NCBI GenBank assembly: GCA_041740355.1
Contig: JBGSMD010000015.1
Coordinates: forward strand, 48,162 to 112,161
From: Bdellovibrionota bacterium
GTDB taxonomy: Bacteria > Bdellovibrionota_C > UBA2361 > CALJRW01
DNA length: 64,000 nt
Reading direction: 5' to 3'
In this document: in pieces, positions 47,253 through 58,016 of the stretch
Layout: every line of letters starts with the position of its first letter
Numbering within the stretch: the stretch's first letter is position 1
Translations under genes and position numbers: made by a program
Notes under the pieces: generated by a model
Seen by the model: only the letters and a program-made list of their open reading frames with translations
The model's database searches: none
What the model was told of the DNA's origin: nothing

Positions 47253-49226
47253 ATGAAACACATCATATACACTCTAATTACTTGGAGCATCTTACTTCAA
47301 CCCATTCACGCTCAAGTAATTTTCACTTCTCCAGAACAAATTAGTACCTCAGCTACTGGAATTAGCGGCTCAGAAACCAGTACACGCTGTCAATTGAATA
47401 GTGATGGAAACCTTGTTGTTTTTGATTCGCTGGCAACAAACCTTCGACCGATAACACCAAGTAATGTTAACCAAGTATATTTAAAGAATCGTGCAACCCA
47501 AGCGATTGAACTACTCAGTTCTAACCCTCTTACAAGTTTACCGGGAGATGGTAACAGTGAATTTGCAAATCTTTCTGATGATGGCCGTTTTGTAGTTTAT
47601 CATTCTGCTGCAACAAACTTAGTTACGGCTGATACCAATAGTAAAATTGATGTATTCATTTACGATCGAGAATCTCCCACCACAATTAAAAAAGTGAGCC
47701 TCGGGGCTGAAAATATTAGTTTTGCTCAGGGGGATAACGACTCCTATTATCCAGATATCTCTGATAATGGACAAAGGATTGTATTTCTCTCTCTAGCATC
47801 GAACTTAATTACTACAGATAGCGATGTTTACTCGGATATTTATTTAAGAGATACACAAACAGACTCAATCGTTAGAATAACAAATTCTAGTACAGGAGGA
47901 TCCCCGAATGGTCACAGCTTCGTTGGCAGTCCCGCTATTTCTGGAAATGGTGAATTTGTTGTCTTTGGATCTTATGCCTCCAATTTAATCGCCAATGATC
48001 TTAATGATAGTGCTGATGTCTTCGTTCAGGAGATTGACACGGGGACTAGGGAGATTATTAATATCGCTCCTTCCGGTGAGAGCTTTGCCAGCACGGATGT
48101 GCCAATTGCGATGGGCCCAAATTCTATTTCTGTAGATGGACGCTATGTTGGATTTGGATTAGATACTGATTTTGATAGTCTGCCTGATAAACTATACTTA
48201 AGAGATCGACAAGAACAAGTCACAATTTTAGTTTCCAAGAACCCCGCCGGAGAAAGTGCTAATAATTATGCTGATTATTTACAAATTAGCGGTGATGCTA
48301 ATTCAATTCTTTTTTATTCACCAGCTAGTAATCTCTTGGCCACTTCGCCCAACGGCGGAACTTTTATCTTCGATCGAGACACCAATGAAATTAATTTAAT
48401 TGCAAGTGAATTAAGTGATGAGCCCTGCCTTAGTCCGAATGGAGAAAGTGTCGCTTATAGTTTGCCCGACAATAATGCTTTTTATCAAGTCTTTGCGACA
48501 AGCAAAGACCGTTGCCAAGAAGATCCTTTAAAGGTAATCCCAGGGGTATGTGGCTGTGGAACTTCTGATAACGATCAAGATCTTGATGGCACACCGGATT
48601 GCCTTGATTTATGTTCATCAGATCCTGAAAAAAATGCTCCGCTATTGTGTGGTTGTGGAACACCTGACATAGATTTAGATCTAGATGGTACGCCTGATTG
48701 TAATGATCAGTGTTCTACAGATCCTGGCAAAGAAGCTCCACTAACTTGTGGTTGTGGAACGGCGGACATTGATACCGATATCGATGGGACTTTTGACTGT
48801 TTCGATACATGCCCGAATGATGCTAATAAAATTACAGCTGGACTTTGTGGTTGTGGAATTTTAGACCAAGATCAGTCCTCTGATAAAATCCCAGACTGCT
48901 TCGCTAAGAATGGACCAGCATCTCTGCCTGCGCCAGTTATAACTATCGGCAAAAGAAATCTGATTCTTAGCCTTTTAGCATTGCAAGGAGAGAAGCCAAA
49001 ATTTAAAATTATAATTACTAATATTAAAACAAAAGAAAAAATAGTTTTTATTACTAAAAATATAAATAGTAGAATCAGAGGATTACTAAAAGGAAAATAC
49101 AAACTTCGTTATCAATTGGTAAATCTAAAAAAGGGAACAAAAAGTAAACTAAGTCTTGCTATCAGCTTTTCAATAGAGCGAAATCCTAAGTTTAATGTAA
49201 TCCCAAACATTAAGGGAGTGCTATAA
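47253..49226 (+). CDS. Secreted TolB-like beta-propeller protein with Cys/Asp-rich (thrombospondin-3-like) repeats
   Basis: Signal peptide from MKHII, repeated S.DG..V.F.S.A.NL, four C..D..K.....CGCG..D.D.D repeats, basic C-terminal beta domain. Confidence 0.8.
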   Translation: MKHIIYTLITWSILLQPIHAQVIFTSPEQISTSATGISGSETSTRCQLNSDGNLVVFDSLATNLRPITPSNVNQVYLKNRATQAIELLSSNPLTSLPGDGNSEFANLSDDGRFVVYHSAATNLVTADTNSKIDVFIYDRESPTTIKKVSLGAENISFAQGDNDSYYPDISDNGQRIVFLSLASNLITTDSDVYSDIYLRDTQTDSIVRITNSSTGGSPNGHSFVGSPAISGNGEFVVFGSYASNLIANDLNDSADVFVQEIDTGTREIINIAPSGESFASTDVPIAMGPNSISVDGRYVGFGLDTDFDSLPDKLYLRDRQEQVTILVSKNPAGESANNYADYLQISGDANSILFYSPASNLLATSPNGGTFIFDRDTNEINLIASELSDEPCLSPNGESVAYSLPDNNAFYQVFATSKDRCQEDPLKVIPGVCGCGTSDNDQDLDGTPDCLDLCSSDPEKNAPLLCGCGTPDIDLDLDGTPDCNDQCSTDPGKEAPLTCGCGTADIDTDIDGTFDCFDTCPNDANKITAGLCGCGILDQDQSSDKIPDCFAKNGPASLPAPVITIGKRNLILSLLALQGEKPKFKIIITNIKTKEKIVFITKNINSRIRGLLKGKYKLRYQLVNLKKGTKSKLSLAISFSIERNPKFNVIPNIKGVL

Positions 49227-49228
49227 TA

Positions 49229-50302
49229 ATGAATAACGTAGGCTTAGATCAAGCAAATATCCCACTGCCTCCTACTACAAAAATAAGTGGCAATACTTTG
49301 CCAGAGAGAAATGAAGTTTCTGATTTGCTGAAAAAAACAATGTCGCTGGTGGGTATAATGTTATCTAGTAATGAAGTTTCTGATTTGCTGAAAAAAACAA
49401 TGGCGCTGGTGGGTATAATGTTATCTAGTGCAGTATACGAACATATTGCGAGTGGTGCGGAGGTTAATATCGCGTGGGACCCAAATCCAAGTAGTACAAA
49501 TATAAACGCAAATACCACTGGGTACAAAGTGCAGTGGGGAACTTCTATCGGGAACTACCCAAACACGATTGATGTTGGTAATAAGACAGATTATAAACTT
49601 ACAAACTTGCCTGATGGAGCATTATTACACCTAATAGTCACTGCCTATAATGCCTCAGGGGTAAATGGCGTGCCTTCAGTCAATCTACCAGTTCAAACTC
49701 CTTATCTAGTGCCAAATATTCCGACAGGACTTGGCATTCAAAGCCAAAACCAAGGAGAAGTAACCATTAATTGGACACCTGTTCCTAATTACGTCACAAG
49801 AATTTACGTCGGAACTCAATTGGGCCAAGGTATACAAAGATATGATTCACCTTCCTCCGATGGTTCAATTAATATCTTGGGATTGGCTAAACGTACCACT
49901 GTCAAATATTATTTTTCAATTTCACAAATAGATCCTAACACCGGACTTGAAAGCGCCTTGACTTACCTGCCAGGACTATCGGCCATGGGTGTTATCGGAA
50001 CATCTCCACTTCTAAAAAGAGGCTTGAGAAGCGTCTCGCTTTCTAATTTTAGTACTACTTCAACTACATTAAACACCTCTGGCCCGCTAACTACTTCGAT
50101 GCAATATGATCCAAATGCTAAACTTCCGATCCTAACAATCTCTGGTCCCCAAGGTAAAAAGTTTACCATAGAAAGCAGTGATGACAATTTAGCAACTTGG
50201 GAGAGAGTTTTTACTAGCTATATGACTGATAAAAATTATATTTACTTCGACTCACGACAGCAAGTTGGTAGTAGATTCTATCGTGTGCTCTATGAAAAAT
50301 AA
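49229..50302 (+). CDS. Fibronectin type III domain protein
   Basis: IAWDPN...GYKVQWGT..G.Y...IDVGN.T...VTAYN. Confidence 0.75.
   Translation: MNNVGLDQANIPLPPTTKISGNTLPERNEVSDLLKKTMSLVGIMLSSNEVSDLLKKTMALVGIMLSSAVYEHIASGAEVNIAWDPNPSSTNINANTTGYKVQWGTSIGNYPNTIDVGNKTDYKLTNLPDGALLHLIVTAYNASGVNGVPSVNLPVQTPYLVPNIPTGLGIQSQNQGEVTINWTPVPNYVTRIYVGTQLGQGIQRYDSPSSDGSINILGLAKRTTVKYYFSISQIDPNTGLESALTYLPGLSAMGVIGTSPLLKRGLRSVSLSNFSTTSTTLNTSGPLTTSMQYDPNAKLPILTISGPQGKKFTIESSDDNLATWERVFTSYMTDKNYIYFDSRQQVGSRFYRVLYEK
49310..49429 (+). repeat. In-frame 60-bp tandem duplication
   Basis: 49310-49369 and 49370-49429 differ at one base; encode NEVSDLLKKTM[S/A]LVGIMLSS twice. Confidence 0.95.
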
Positions 50303-50327
50303 TCTTAGATAAAGATTCACTGCGAAT

Positions 50328-50972
50328 TTAAAAAATACTAACTAAATTCTTTTCCAGTTTTGAATTTAAAATTTCTTCAATCTCCTCATCTGTTAAATCA
50401 AAACCTGCTCCTAGCATGATGTTTAAATGTTGATATAAATCTTTACTTTTGGCAACGCTAAGTGAAAGATCACTATCTAAAACTGAATCAAAAGACTCAA
50501 TTAGTTCTGCAGAATACTCCTCATAAATATTCTCTAACGGATTGGGCAAATGCTGGAATCTTTTATAGATCTCCATTGCATTTAGAATAAGCTTTTCGGT
50601 ACTAGGATAACCAGAGGCCATTAAATTCCAAGGATCCCCTCCTTCAATTTGATCTCCAGCCGCTCGAAAATCTGTTCTCAAAATCACACAGGGAATATTT
50701 AGCATCTTAGCGATCATAAATTCAACAACAGTTCCAGAATCTAAATCAACTCCATCAAAATTGAATAATGCCAAGTCACACTCGACTAGCAAACGAATGT
50801 CATTGTTTCTGATATCCGTCGATCTACCTGACGATTGCTCAAGCTCTTGGGGCAAGACTAACTCAAACCGTCCTTTAGATTGCTTTTCAATCGCCCGTGC
50901 AAGCATTAAATTTCCTGCCAGATGTTTATGGTCAAATAAATCCCCGGCTAAATAGATAGTGTAAGTATTCAA
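50328..50972 (-). CDS. Nucleoside 2-deoxyribosyltransferase family protein
   Basis: IYLAG.LF, LPQ, D...L..CD, DSGTVVEF, RTDFR. Confidence 0.8.
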   Translation of the reverse strand: MNTYTIYLAGDLFDHKHLAGNLMLARAIEKQSKGRFELVLPQELEQSSGRSTDIRNNDIRLLVECDLALFNFDGVDLDSGTVVEFMIAKMLNIPCVILRTDFRAAGDQIEGGDPWNLMASGYPSTEKLILNAMEIYKRFQHLPNPLENIYEEYSAELIESFDSVLDSDLSLSVAKSKDLYQHLNIMLGAGFDLTDEEIEEILNSKLEKNLVSIF

Positions 50973-51150
50973 TTTGTTTATAATTAATAAAATTTATATT
51001 CTAAAAACCAACTATTCAAAAAAATGCCTTAATGTCTGCAATCGCCTTAGTCCAGCGGTAAGCAAAGGTAGAAATATTTTTCAATCAGTTTGTTAGATGA
51101 CTATGGTTTTAAGTATACTAATCCAAACTTCTAAAAGCTACTTTGACAAA

Positions 51151-51681
51151 TTATGACATCTTTAATTCTAAAATATCATATTCGTGTTTAGATCCAGTAG
51201 ATTTAGCAGTCAATTGATCGTTGGCTCTATGTTTTTGCTGAAAACCTAATTTTTGAACTAATGCTCGAGAGGCTTTGTTTTCAACAAAAATATTTAACGT
51301 TAATATTTCTAAGTAAAGTTTCTGAAAGGCATACTGAATGATAGCCTGACCAGCTTCGAAACCGTAACCCATTCTCCAGTAATCCTCTCCCAGCCAATAA
51401 CCCAGTTGTGCCCGCTTATGCTCCAATTGTAAGTTCATCAAATCGATTCCACCGATTAATTTTTGATCGATATTTCTAATAATTACAAAATGAATCCGAT
51501 CATTGGATTCAGACTTGAGGCAATGCTCAATCCACCACTCGGCATCTTCCTTAGTGTAAGGATAAGGTACGTTAGACATTAAGCGACTAACATTTATATT
51601 ATTAATTTGTTGGATTATTTGGGTGGCGTCGTCCGATTTAACTTTTCTAAGCGTTAAACGTTCTGTTAAAATTGTTTGCAT
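51151..51681 (-). CDS. RimJ/RimL-type GNAT acetyltransferase
   Basis: TERLTLR, PYPY, LGYWLG..YW..GY, N.AS....KLGF. Confidence 0.88.
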   Translation of the reverse strand: MQTILTERLTLRKVKSDDATQIIQQINNINVSRLMSNVPYPYTKEDAEWWIEHCLKSESNDRIHFVIIRNIDQKLIGGIDLMNLQLEHKRAQLGYWLGEDYWRMGYGFEAGQAIIQYAFQKLYLEILTLNIFVENKASRALVQKLGFQQKHRANDQLTAKSTGSKHEYDILELKMS

Positions 51682-51755
51682 TTAAGGAAATTATCATGGA
51701 ACTAGATCTAATTTCAATCTAATTTTTTTTAAGGATTGGTAAGAAAATAGCTTAT

Positions 51756-52391
51756 TTACTGACCACGGACTTTTCTGAATGCAACATTATAAAGAAATTT
51801 CATCAAATAAACGGCATCTGTTCTAATCGGAGCTCGTTCATAACGATACATGTATAAACGTTCATTTCGGATCATTTCACTTACAGATTTATATGGATCG
51901 GCGTAGGCAATACTAATGCAGCCTGGTTTAAAAGTAGATCGTCGTTTTACAAATTTACTTGGCAAAACTTCTGCCGTTGCTCTAGGGAGAGCCCTGGGAC
52001 CAATTAATTTTACATGACCACGTGCTAAGTTAATAACTTGTGGAAGTTCATCAAGCCAATATCTTCTTAGAAATTTTCCTTTTTTAGTAATTCTAGGATT
52101 TTCAGTTGGTATGACTTCAAAAGAAGCAAAAGTTGACGTTGCAAGGTCGTCACGCATCGTAGTAAATTTCAAAATCCCAAAAGGTATGCCATTCTTTCCC
52201 TGCCTTTGTTGCTCCACAATCAAGCCCTTAGCAAGTTTTCTTAGATCTGGTGCAAAGTTAGCTGCAATAAAAAACTGCTGATCAAGATCCTCTGTAAATA
52301 TTCTTGCGTAGCAGCCGCCACATTCTGGGGCTCGGTAGCCTCTTCTCTTTTCTTCCTGCAAATTATTTTGTACAACTTTCATGGCTTGCAT
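51756..52391 (-). CDS. Bacterial sugar transferase (phosphoglycosyl transferase domain), divergent
   Basis: RQGKNG.PF.ILKFTTM, RITKKGKFLRRYWLDELPQ, IGPR, KPG. Confidence 0.75.
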   Translation of the reverse strand: MQAMKVVQNNLQEEKRRGYRAPECGGCYARIFTEDLDQQFFIAANFAPDLRKLAKGLIVEQQRQGKNGIPFGILKFTTMRDDLATSTFASFEVIPTENPRITKKGKFLRRYWLDELPQVINLARGHVKLIGPRALPRATAEVLPSKFVKRRSTFKPGCISIAYADPYKSVSEMIRNERLYMYRYERAPIRTDAVYLMKFLYNVAFRKVRGQ

Positions 52392-52641
52392 ATAGCATAA
52401 ATTTAATTGATAAGATAGGAAAGATACCGAAAATATAGAAAATGAAATGCCAAACGATAAGTAAAATTGATTCAGCTAAGTACTTTGAACCATCTAGTAT
52501 TGCTTTAAAAACTTCAGGTGATTCACCAATAGAGCTGCTGATATTTCAACAAACTGCATTTTTGTAGTAAAGATAATTTTTGATAGAAATTGGTACCAAT
52601 CTGTAGTTTAATAGGAGTTATTCTAACTCTTTTAGATCGCT

Positions 52642-53073
52642 ATGAATCAACTTCGTCAATCTTCCGATCAACCAGATCCTGCGGATCATATTATAGTTCG
52701 ACATGCGATTGCGATTTCAGCAATTAATCCAAGTTTAGTTATTGATTATTTTCTTGACGACAAGTTGCCAGAAATTCTGCTTTCGTTAGACGACGAAGTT
52801 CAAGTTTACACTGAGGCCGAAGTACTAAAATCATTCAAAGCAAATATTGCTTTGGAGGACTATGAAATTAAATTTTACGATTTTCTTTGTAAGACATTTA
52901 ATGTTGATGAAATATCCAAGTTACGTGAAATCATAGAACATCCAGAGCAAGACAAATCACTTAGAATGCTTGTATCAACCCTTCTTTTAGGAAACAAGGA
53001 ATTAATCGAACTAGTTGATGAGATTTTTGAACAAGCAATCGATGACACCAAAGAGTATTTTTCTAAGGGCTAA
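52642..53073 (+). CDS. Hypothetical acidic protein
   Basis: 143-aa ORF; no motif recognised. Confidence 0.5.
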   Translation: MNQLRQSSDQPDPADHIIVRHAIAISAINPSLVIDYFLDDKLPEILLSLDDEVQVYTEAEVLKSFKANIALEDYEIKFYDFLCKTFNVDEISKLREIIEHPEQDKSLRMLVSTLLLGNKELIELVDEIFEQAIDDTKEYFSKG

Positions 53074-53145
53074 ATCTTATAAAAATTATTATAACAAAAG
53101 TAACTTTTAATATAATAAAGTAAAAAATAATGTAGGGTCAAGATC

Positions 53146-53982
53146 TTGCCTGCCTCCAGTGGATATCATATATTCTATGGCATGAAATATTTCAGATATC
53201 AGGAAGATCAGACACCGACACTTATTATTACTACCCTATTCTTATTGGACCTCGCAGTCTTTTTCTTTATCAATAATATTTGGTTAGTTATTGCTTGGAT
53301 GATTTTGATGATTGCTCCAAAGGCCTGTATTTGTTCCTGGAATCATCATCACCAACATTTGCCTACTTTTAAACAAAACTTTCTTAATCGTTTACTTGAG
53401 TTGGTATACGCCTTTCACACTGGTATAACTACGAATGCTTGGGTGCTACATCATGTCCTTGGACATCATTTAAATTATCTCGATCAAGATAAAGATGAGT
53501 CTGCTTGGAAAGGAAAAGACGGAAATCTCATGGGTGTGGCTGAATATACGATTCAGGTAGCAGCTACTGGATACACTCGTGCTTATCGGGTTGGAAAAAA
53601 CCACCCTAAACATCAAAAAATATTTTTAAGCATGGGAACTCTTGTTATCGCTCTCCTAATATTAATGTTTTTATACAACTGGAAAAATGCCTTAGTTATA
53701 TTTTTAATTCCAATGCTCGTAGGTTTAATTATTACTGTTTGGCATACCTACTATCACCATGCTGGACTGGATACTGACGATCATCACTTAGCTTCCTATA
53801 ACATCATCCACAAATGGTATAATATTCTTACTGGCAATTTAGGTTTTCATACAGCGCACCATATGAAGATGGGTTTACATTGGTCAAAACTACCAGAATA
53901 TCATGAGAGCATAAAGGAACAAATTCCCGAGGCACTTTACCGTCAGCCCTCAATTCCTTTTAAGTGGATGCCAAGTAGTTGA
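53146..53982 (+). CDS. Membrane fatty acid desaturase family protein
   Basis: His boxes HHHQH, HHVLGHH, HTAHH; start may be ATG at 53182. Confidence 0.85.
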   Translation: MPASSGYHIFYGMKYFRYQEDQTPTLIITTLFLLDLAVFFFINNIWLVIAWMILMIAPKACICSWNHHHQHLPTFKQNFLNRLLELVYAFHTGITTNAWVLHHVLGHHLNYLDQDKDESAWKGKDGNLMGVAEYTIQVAATGYTRAYRVGKNHPKHQKIFLSMGTLVIALLILMFLYNWKNALVIFLIPMLVGLIITVWHTYYHHAGLDTDDHHLASYNIIHKWYNILTGNLGFHTAHHMKMGLHWSKLPEYHESIKEQIPEALYRQPSIPFKWMPSS

Positions 53983-54191
53983 TGAAAATCACGGCAACAT
54001 TTTTGCTTTAAAGAAATATTAATTTATTTTATCACATTCGAGCAGCAAAGAAGCTGCTTGCCACTGAGATCTTTCTCATAACGGTTCCAAATAAATGACA
54101 ATATTATTCGTATGATGCACGTCATAACTTTTTTGGCCTCAAACCATTAATCTAACTCTAGTTTTTAATTAAAAAGTTAAAGCGAGAGACC

Positions 54192-54695
54192 ATGAATAAG
54201 AAAAAAAACGATGAAGTTGATGATTTTGAAAAATTACAAAAATTAGGTTTTGAGTTTGATAATCCTCAGGATGAATTTAGCTATCAGCCAGACTCCGGTG
54301 GAGTAGCTTCAGGACTTATTGGAAAACAAGAATACGGAATTGATTCTGACCTTGATGCTGCAGGTAGCAGTAAGATTTTGGATGAGAACATTCTTGACGA
54401 TCCCTCCATTGAAGTTCCCGGTGAGTCAGAGTGGAGTCAAAGTAATAGAATCCTAGATGAGAACCTAGCAGTTGATATAAATAATGAAAGTGATGACAAT
54501 TTATTTTTTATGATTTACGAACAAATTGACCAACATCCCGATCTAAGTGGACTGGATCTAACAGTTGAAGTTACTGACGGGCAGGTAGTCTTAACAGGTG
54601 AAGTTAACAGCGAAGATATTAAATCTCTAGTTACGGAAGTAATAGCAGAGATTCCTGGCATTACTGACCTTACAAATAATTTAATTATTAGCTAG
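54192..54695 (+). CDS. BON-domain protein with acidic N-terminus
   Basis: VEVTDGQVVLTGEV...IPGITDLTNNL. Confidence 0.75.
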   Translation: MNKKKNDEVDDFEKLQKLGFEFDNPQDEFSYQPDSGGVASGLIGKQEYGIDSDLDAAGSSKILDENILDDPSIEVPGESEWSQSNRILDENLAVDINNESDDNLFFMIYEQIDQHPDLSGLDLTVEVTDGQVVLTGEVNSEDIKSLVTEVIAEIPGITDLTNNLIIS

Positions 54696-54765
54696 TTAGA
54701 GGGGTTCTCATATCAATTGAACTTACTGAGAGCCAATCCTAAATCTTCACATGAAACTGTTAGAG

Positions 54766-56001
54766 TTAGCTAAGGTTTTCGATCAAAACTAAAGTTGCAT
54801 GTAGAATCAGTCCAACTAAGCCTCCAACTATTGTGCCATTTATTCTGATAAACTGTAAGTCGCGACCTACCTCAGATTCTATTTTCTCGCTTAGAACTTT
54901 CGAATCCCAGGAACTCATAGTTTCTTCAATAAAACTACTAGCCTTTGTGCCGTAATCTCGAACTGCTCGTAGGGCAATTTGTTGTAATGCCTGATCCAGT
55001 TTATCCAGAATCAATTTATTTTCACTAACTGCGTTCGCTAGAACAATAATTATATTCGCAAAATTTTCGATAATTAATCCAGAACTATCTTGCTGAGTCT
55101 TAGTAAGTAAGGAAAATTGCACGTTAGCCAAATAATCCAATAAAGATTGTTTTTGTGCAGCTTCCTCCAGTAAGGTTTGAAGTCTTAATTCCCACTCCTC
55201 ACTATTTCTTAATTCAACGACCGCTTGATTAAAAAGATGCCAAAGTTGTTTTCTAAGTATGTGATTTTTATCGGCTCGCATCTCAATAATTGTATTAGCA
55301 ATCCCGTCAAATACTTGTTTGTATAAATAATCACGAACGACTGCTGGAACATACCAAGGTAATTCTTTATGGATCAAACCTCCAACAATTTGATTGTGCC
55401 TGGTAAGTAGCTTTTCTCCTAATTTTAAAAGTTCATCAAAAAACTTTCCATCTTTATCACTCTCTCCAAGGGATGATAAAAACTCTGCCAGTAATGGCGC
55501 TAATTTAATCTCCTTAGCAATTGCACTAATCGTCTTGGCAATGAAATTACTAATTTCCTGATCATTAAACGATCCTAAAGCACTGGTCATGAAATCCTTT
55601 AATTGTCTGGCAACAGTTTTAGCAATTGCCGGAGTTACTAATAAATCAGTCAATCGTACAGCTAATTTGGCAGAACTTAATTTTGGTGCGAGGGATTCTG
55701 GATCTAAGAAATTTTCCTGCACAAAGCGACTAAGCGCTTGTGAAATTCTTTCCTGACTGTTGGGAATAATTGCAGTATGCGGAATCGGAATTCCTAATGG
55801 ATGTCGAAAAAGAGCAGTTACCGCAAACCAATCTGCCAATGCGCCGACCATCGAAGCTTCACTTAGCGCTTGAAGCCAGGGCCAGATAGGGTGACTATTT
55901 TCAAAAACTTTAGAAACTATAAATAAAATCATGCTTGCAAAGAATAATCCTGTAGCCCAGAATTTTACCTGCGAAGACTTTCGATTAGATACTAAACTCA
56001 T
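54766..56001 (-). CDS. DUF445 (YjiN-like) membrane protein
   Basis: EASMVGALADWFAVTALFRHP, DLQFIRINGTIVGG. Confidence 0.9.
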   Translation of the reverse strand: MSLVSNRKSSQVKFWATGLFFASMILFIVSKVFENSHPIWPWLQALSEASMVGALADWFAVTALFRHPLGIPIPHTAIIPNSQERISQALSRFVQENFLDPESLAPKLSSAKLAVRLTDLLVTPAIAKTVARQLKDFMTSALGSFNDQEISNFIAKTISAIAKEIKLAPLLAEFLSSLGESDKDGKFFDELLKLGEKLLTRHNQIVGGLIHKELPWYVPAVVRDYLYKQVFDGIANTIIEMRADKNHILRKQLWHLFNQAVVELRNSEEWELRLQTLLEEAAQKQSLLDYLANVQFSLLTKTQQDSSGLIIENFANIIIVLANAVSENKLILDKLDQALQQIALRAVRDYGTKASSFIEETMSSWDSKVLSEKIESEVGRDLQFIRINGTIVGGLVGLILHATLVLIENLS

Positions 56002-56158
56002 TTAAAAACATTACTCTCTAAGAGTATAATGTGCAAAGCTATTTATGCTTGCGTCGAATATTCATTAACCTTGAAAGCATACAAAGCATTTCTTAAGATA
56101 CTAGTGTTCAGCTCTTAACGCGACTCGTAGAAACATCCGTAGAGAATGTTTCTATTGT

Positions 56159-56347
56159 TTAAACTCTGCTAATAATAGCATCCTTCTCACGAGGAGGTGC
56201 CTGCAACGGTGGGTTCACAGTTGGGCTTGGAGGAATGATATTGGGAATTTCTGGCTCATTAATTTCAACGGGTTCTTTGATTTCAGGACCTCTAGGTACA
56301 TCAATCCCGATATCTTGATCTTTTTTATCTTCATTTAAAATTTTCAT
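56159..56347 (-). CDS. Small Pro-rich hypothetical protein
   Basis: 62-aa ORF alone in an intergenic gap. Confidence 0.35.
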   Translation of the reverse strand: MKILNEDKKDQDIGIDVPRGPEIKEPVEINEPEIPNIIPPSPTVNPPLQAPPREKDAIISRV

Positions 56348-56510
56348 GTTTAAAAGATATCAAATAATTCTCTCCCGTCGTATGATTCAGATCAATAAAA
56401 TTATGAATTTGATGGAAATCGATTCTTTTCTGCAGTACAATTGTAATTAAATGTATCTTGATAATAATTAGCATTATTAGAAAAATCTAAGTCGCTAAAA
56501 TATAGTACTA

Positions 56511-56655
56511 ATATATTAAGTCCAAAAAGTAATTTTTGTAGGGAATTACTTTTTGGGGCTTACTATCCTCCTGTAGGACAAAATATCATATAATGATGAC
56601 AAAAATCACTAAAATGACTTTTAAATATTTGAAAACTACTTTCTGTCATAACTAT
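56511..56655 (+). repeat. Dispersed double-hairpin repeat, copy 3 (diverged)
   Basis: TAAGTCCAAAAAGTAATT...AATTACTTTTTGGGGCTTACTATCC, then ATGACAAAAATCAC...TGTCATAACTAT, collinear with copy 1. Confidence 0.8.
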
Positions 56656-56686
56656 TGTAGTGCTGCTTTAACACTGAATTATACTC

Positions 56687-57574
56687 ATGGAATTTAAAGA
56701 CTACTATTCAACATTAGATCTTAAGAAGGATGCTTCGCAAAAAGAGATACTTAAAGCTTACCGAAAGATGGCCAGAAAGTATCATCCCGATTTAAATCCA
56801 AATGACCTTAATGCCAAACGGCATTTTCAAGATGTGACCGAAGCAAATGAAGTTCTGAGTGATCCCGTTAAACGTAAGAAGTATGACGAATATGGAAAAA
56901 ACTGGAAGCATGCCGAGCAATTTGAAAACGCCAAATCGTCTCGAGCTCGTGAGTCAAACAGAGGTTCAACTGAAACATTTGTTAATCCTGACTCAGACTT
57001 TTCAAGTTTCTTTGAATCACTGTTTGGTAATGCCTCAAGCCAAGGTTCTAAAACAAAATTTCGAGGTCAAGATCTAGCAGCTAATTTAACACTTCATCTC
57101 ACAGATGTTTATAAAAACAACCTTCAAACCTTAACTATTAATAATAAGAAAGTAAGGATTACAATTCCTGCTGGGGTGGAGGATGGACAAACCCTAAAAA
57201 TTACCGGACATGGTAGTTCCGGAGTAAATGGAGGTCCTAACGGCGATCTACTAGTAACCTTTTCAATTATTAATAATACAAAATTTAAACGCGATGGTAG
57301 TAATCTTTACTATGAAGTTACTGTCGATTTATTTACTGCCTTACTTGGTGGAGAGATTACAATTGATACCTTCGATTCTAAAGTTAAACTAACTGTAAAA
57401 CCTGAGATTCAAAATGGAACAAAAGTAAGATTGAAAGGAAAAGGCTTTCCGATTTTCAAGAATGACAACCAGTTTGGTGATTTAATAATTAGTTATAAAA
57501 TATTAATTCCTACAAATTTGTCCGAGCAAGAAAAAGATTTATACAAACAGCTTTCTTTACTAAGGAAAAATTAA
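56687..57574 (+). CDS. cbpA: DnaJ-class chaperone CbpA
   Basis: J domain with HPD, no zinc finger, DnaJ C-terminal domains, followed by cbpM. Confidence 0.9.
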   Translation: MEFKDYYSTLDLKKDASQKEILKAYRKMARKYHPDLNPNDLNAKRHFQDVTEANEVLSDPVKRKKYDEYGKNWKHAEQFENAKSSRARESNRGSTETFVNPDSDFSSFFESLFGNASSQGSKTKFRGQDLAANLTLHLTDVYKNNLQTLTINNKKVRITIPAGVEDGQTLKITGHGSSGVNGGPNGDLLVTFSIINNTKFKRDGSNLYYEVTVDLFTALLGGEITIDTFDSKVKLTVKPEIQNGTKVRLKGKGFPIFKNDNQFGDLIISYKILIPTNLSEQEKDLYKQLSLLRKN

Positions 57575-57575
57575 A

Positions 57576-57899
57576 ATGACTAATTTGATTCTCCTAAACC
57601 AGCTTTGCGATAACCATCGAGTAGATATTGCCTTTCTCTATTCATTAAATGAACTTGGACTCTTTGAGATTAAGACAATTCAACAGATCGAATACGTGGA
57701 GGAAGAAAAAGTAGTTGATCTTGAGAAAATGATTCGAATGCACTTAGAACTTAATTTAAATATCGAAGCCATTGGGACAATTTTCAATCTTACGCAAAAA
57801 ATAGAGTCGCTTCAAATGGAAATTAACACCTTAAATAATCGCATAAAATGCTACGAAGAAGTAATTTATGATGGATCAATCGAAAATATTGAGCCATAA
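57576..57899 (+). CDS. cbpM: Chaperone modulator CbpM
   Basis: MerR-like fold pattern, L.LN.EAI, 1 bp after cbpA. Confidence 0.8.
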   Translation: MTNLILLNQLCDNHRVDIAFLYSLNELGLFEIKTIQQIEYVEEEKVVDLEKMIRMHLELNLNIEAIGTIFNLTQKIESLQMEINTLNNRIKCYEEVIYDGSIENIEP

Positions 57900-58016
57900 G
57901 TTTTGCCCTACCGAATTGAGTATATAATATCGTTAATTATAATTAGGCTGATCAAGATCATAGATGATTTTTCGTTGATGTTTATAATGTCTTTATTATT
58001 TAATTTAAGGAGACTC

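Noticed and set aside
49310-49429. 60-bp repeat as a CRISPR array
   Set aside because: Two abutting units with no spacers, in frame within a CDS; no cas genes and no repeat-spacer array seen anywhere in the window.
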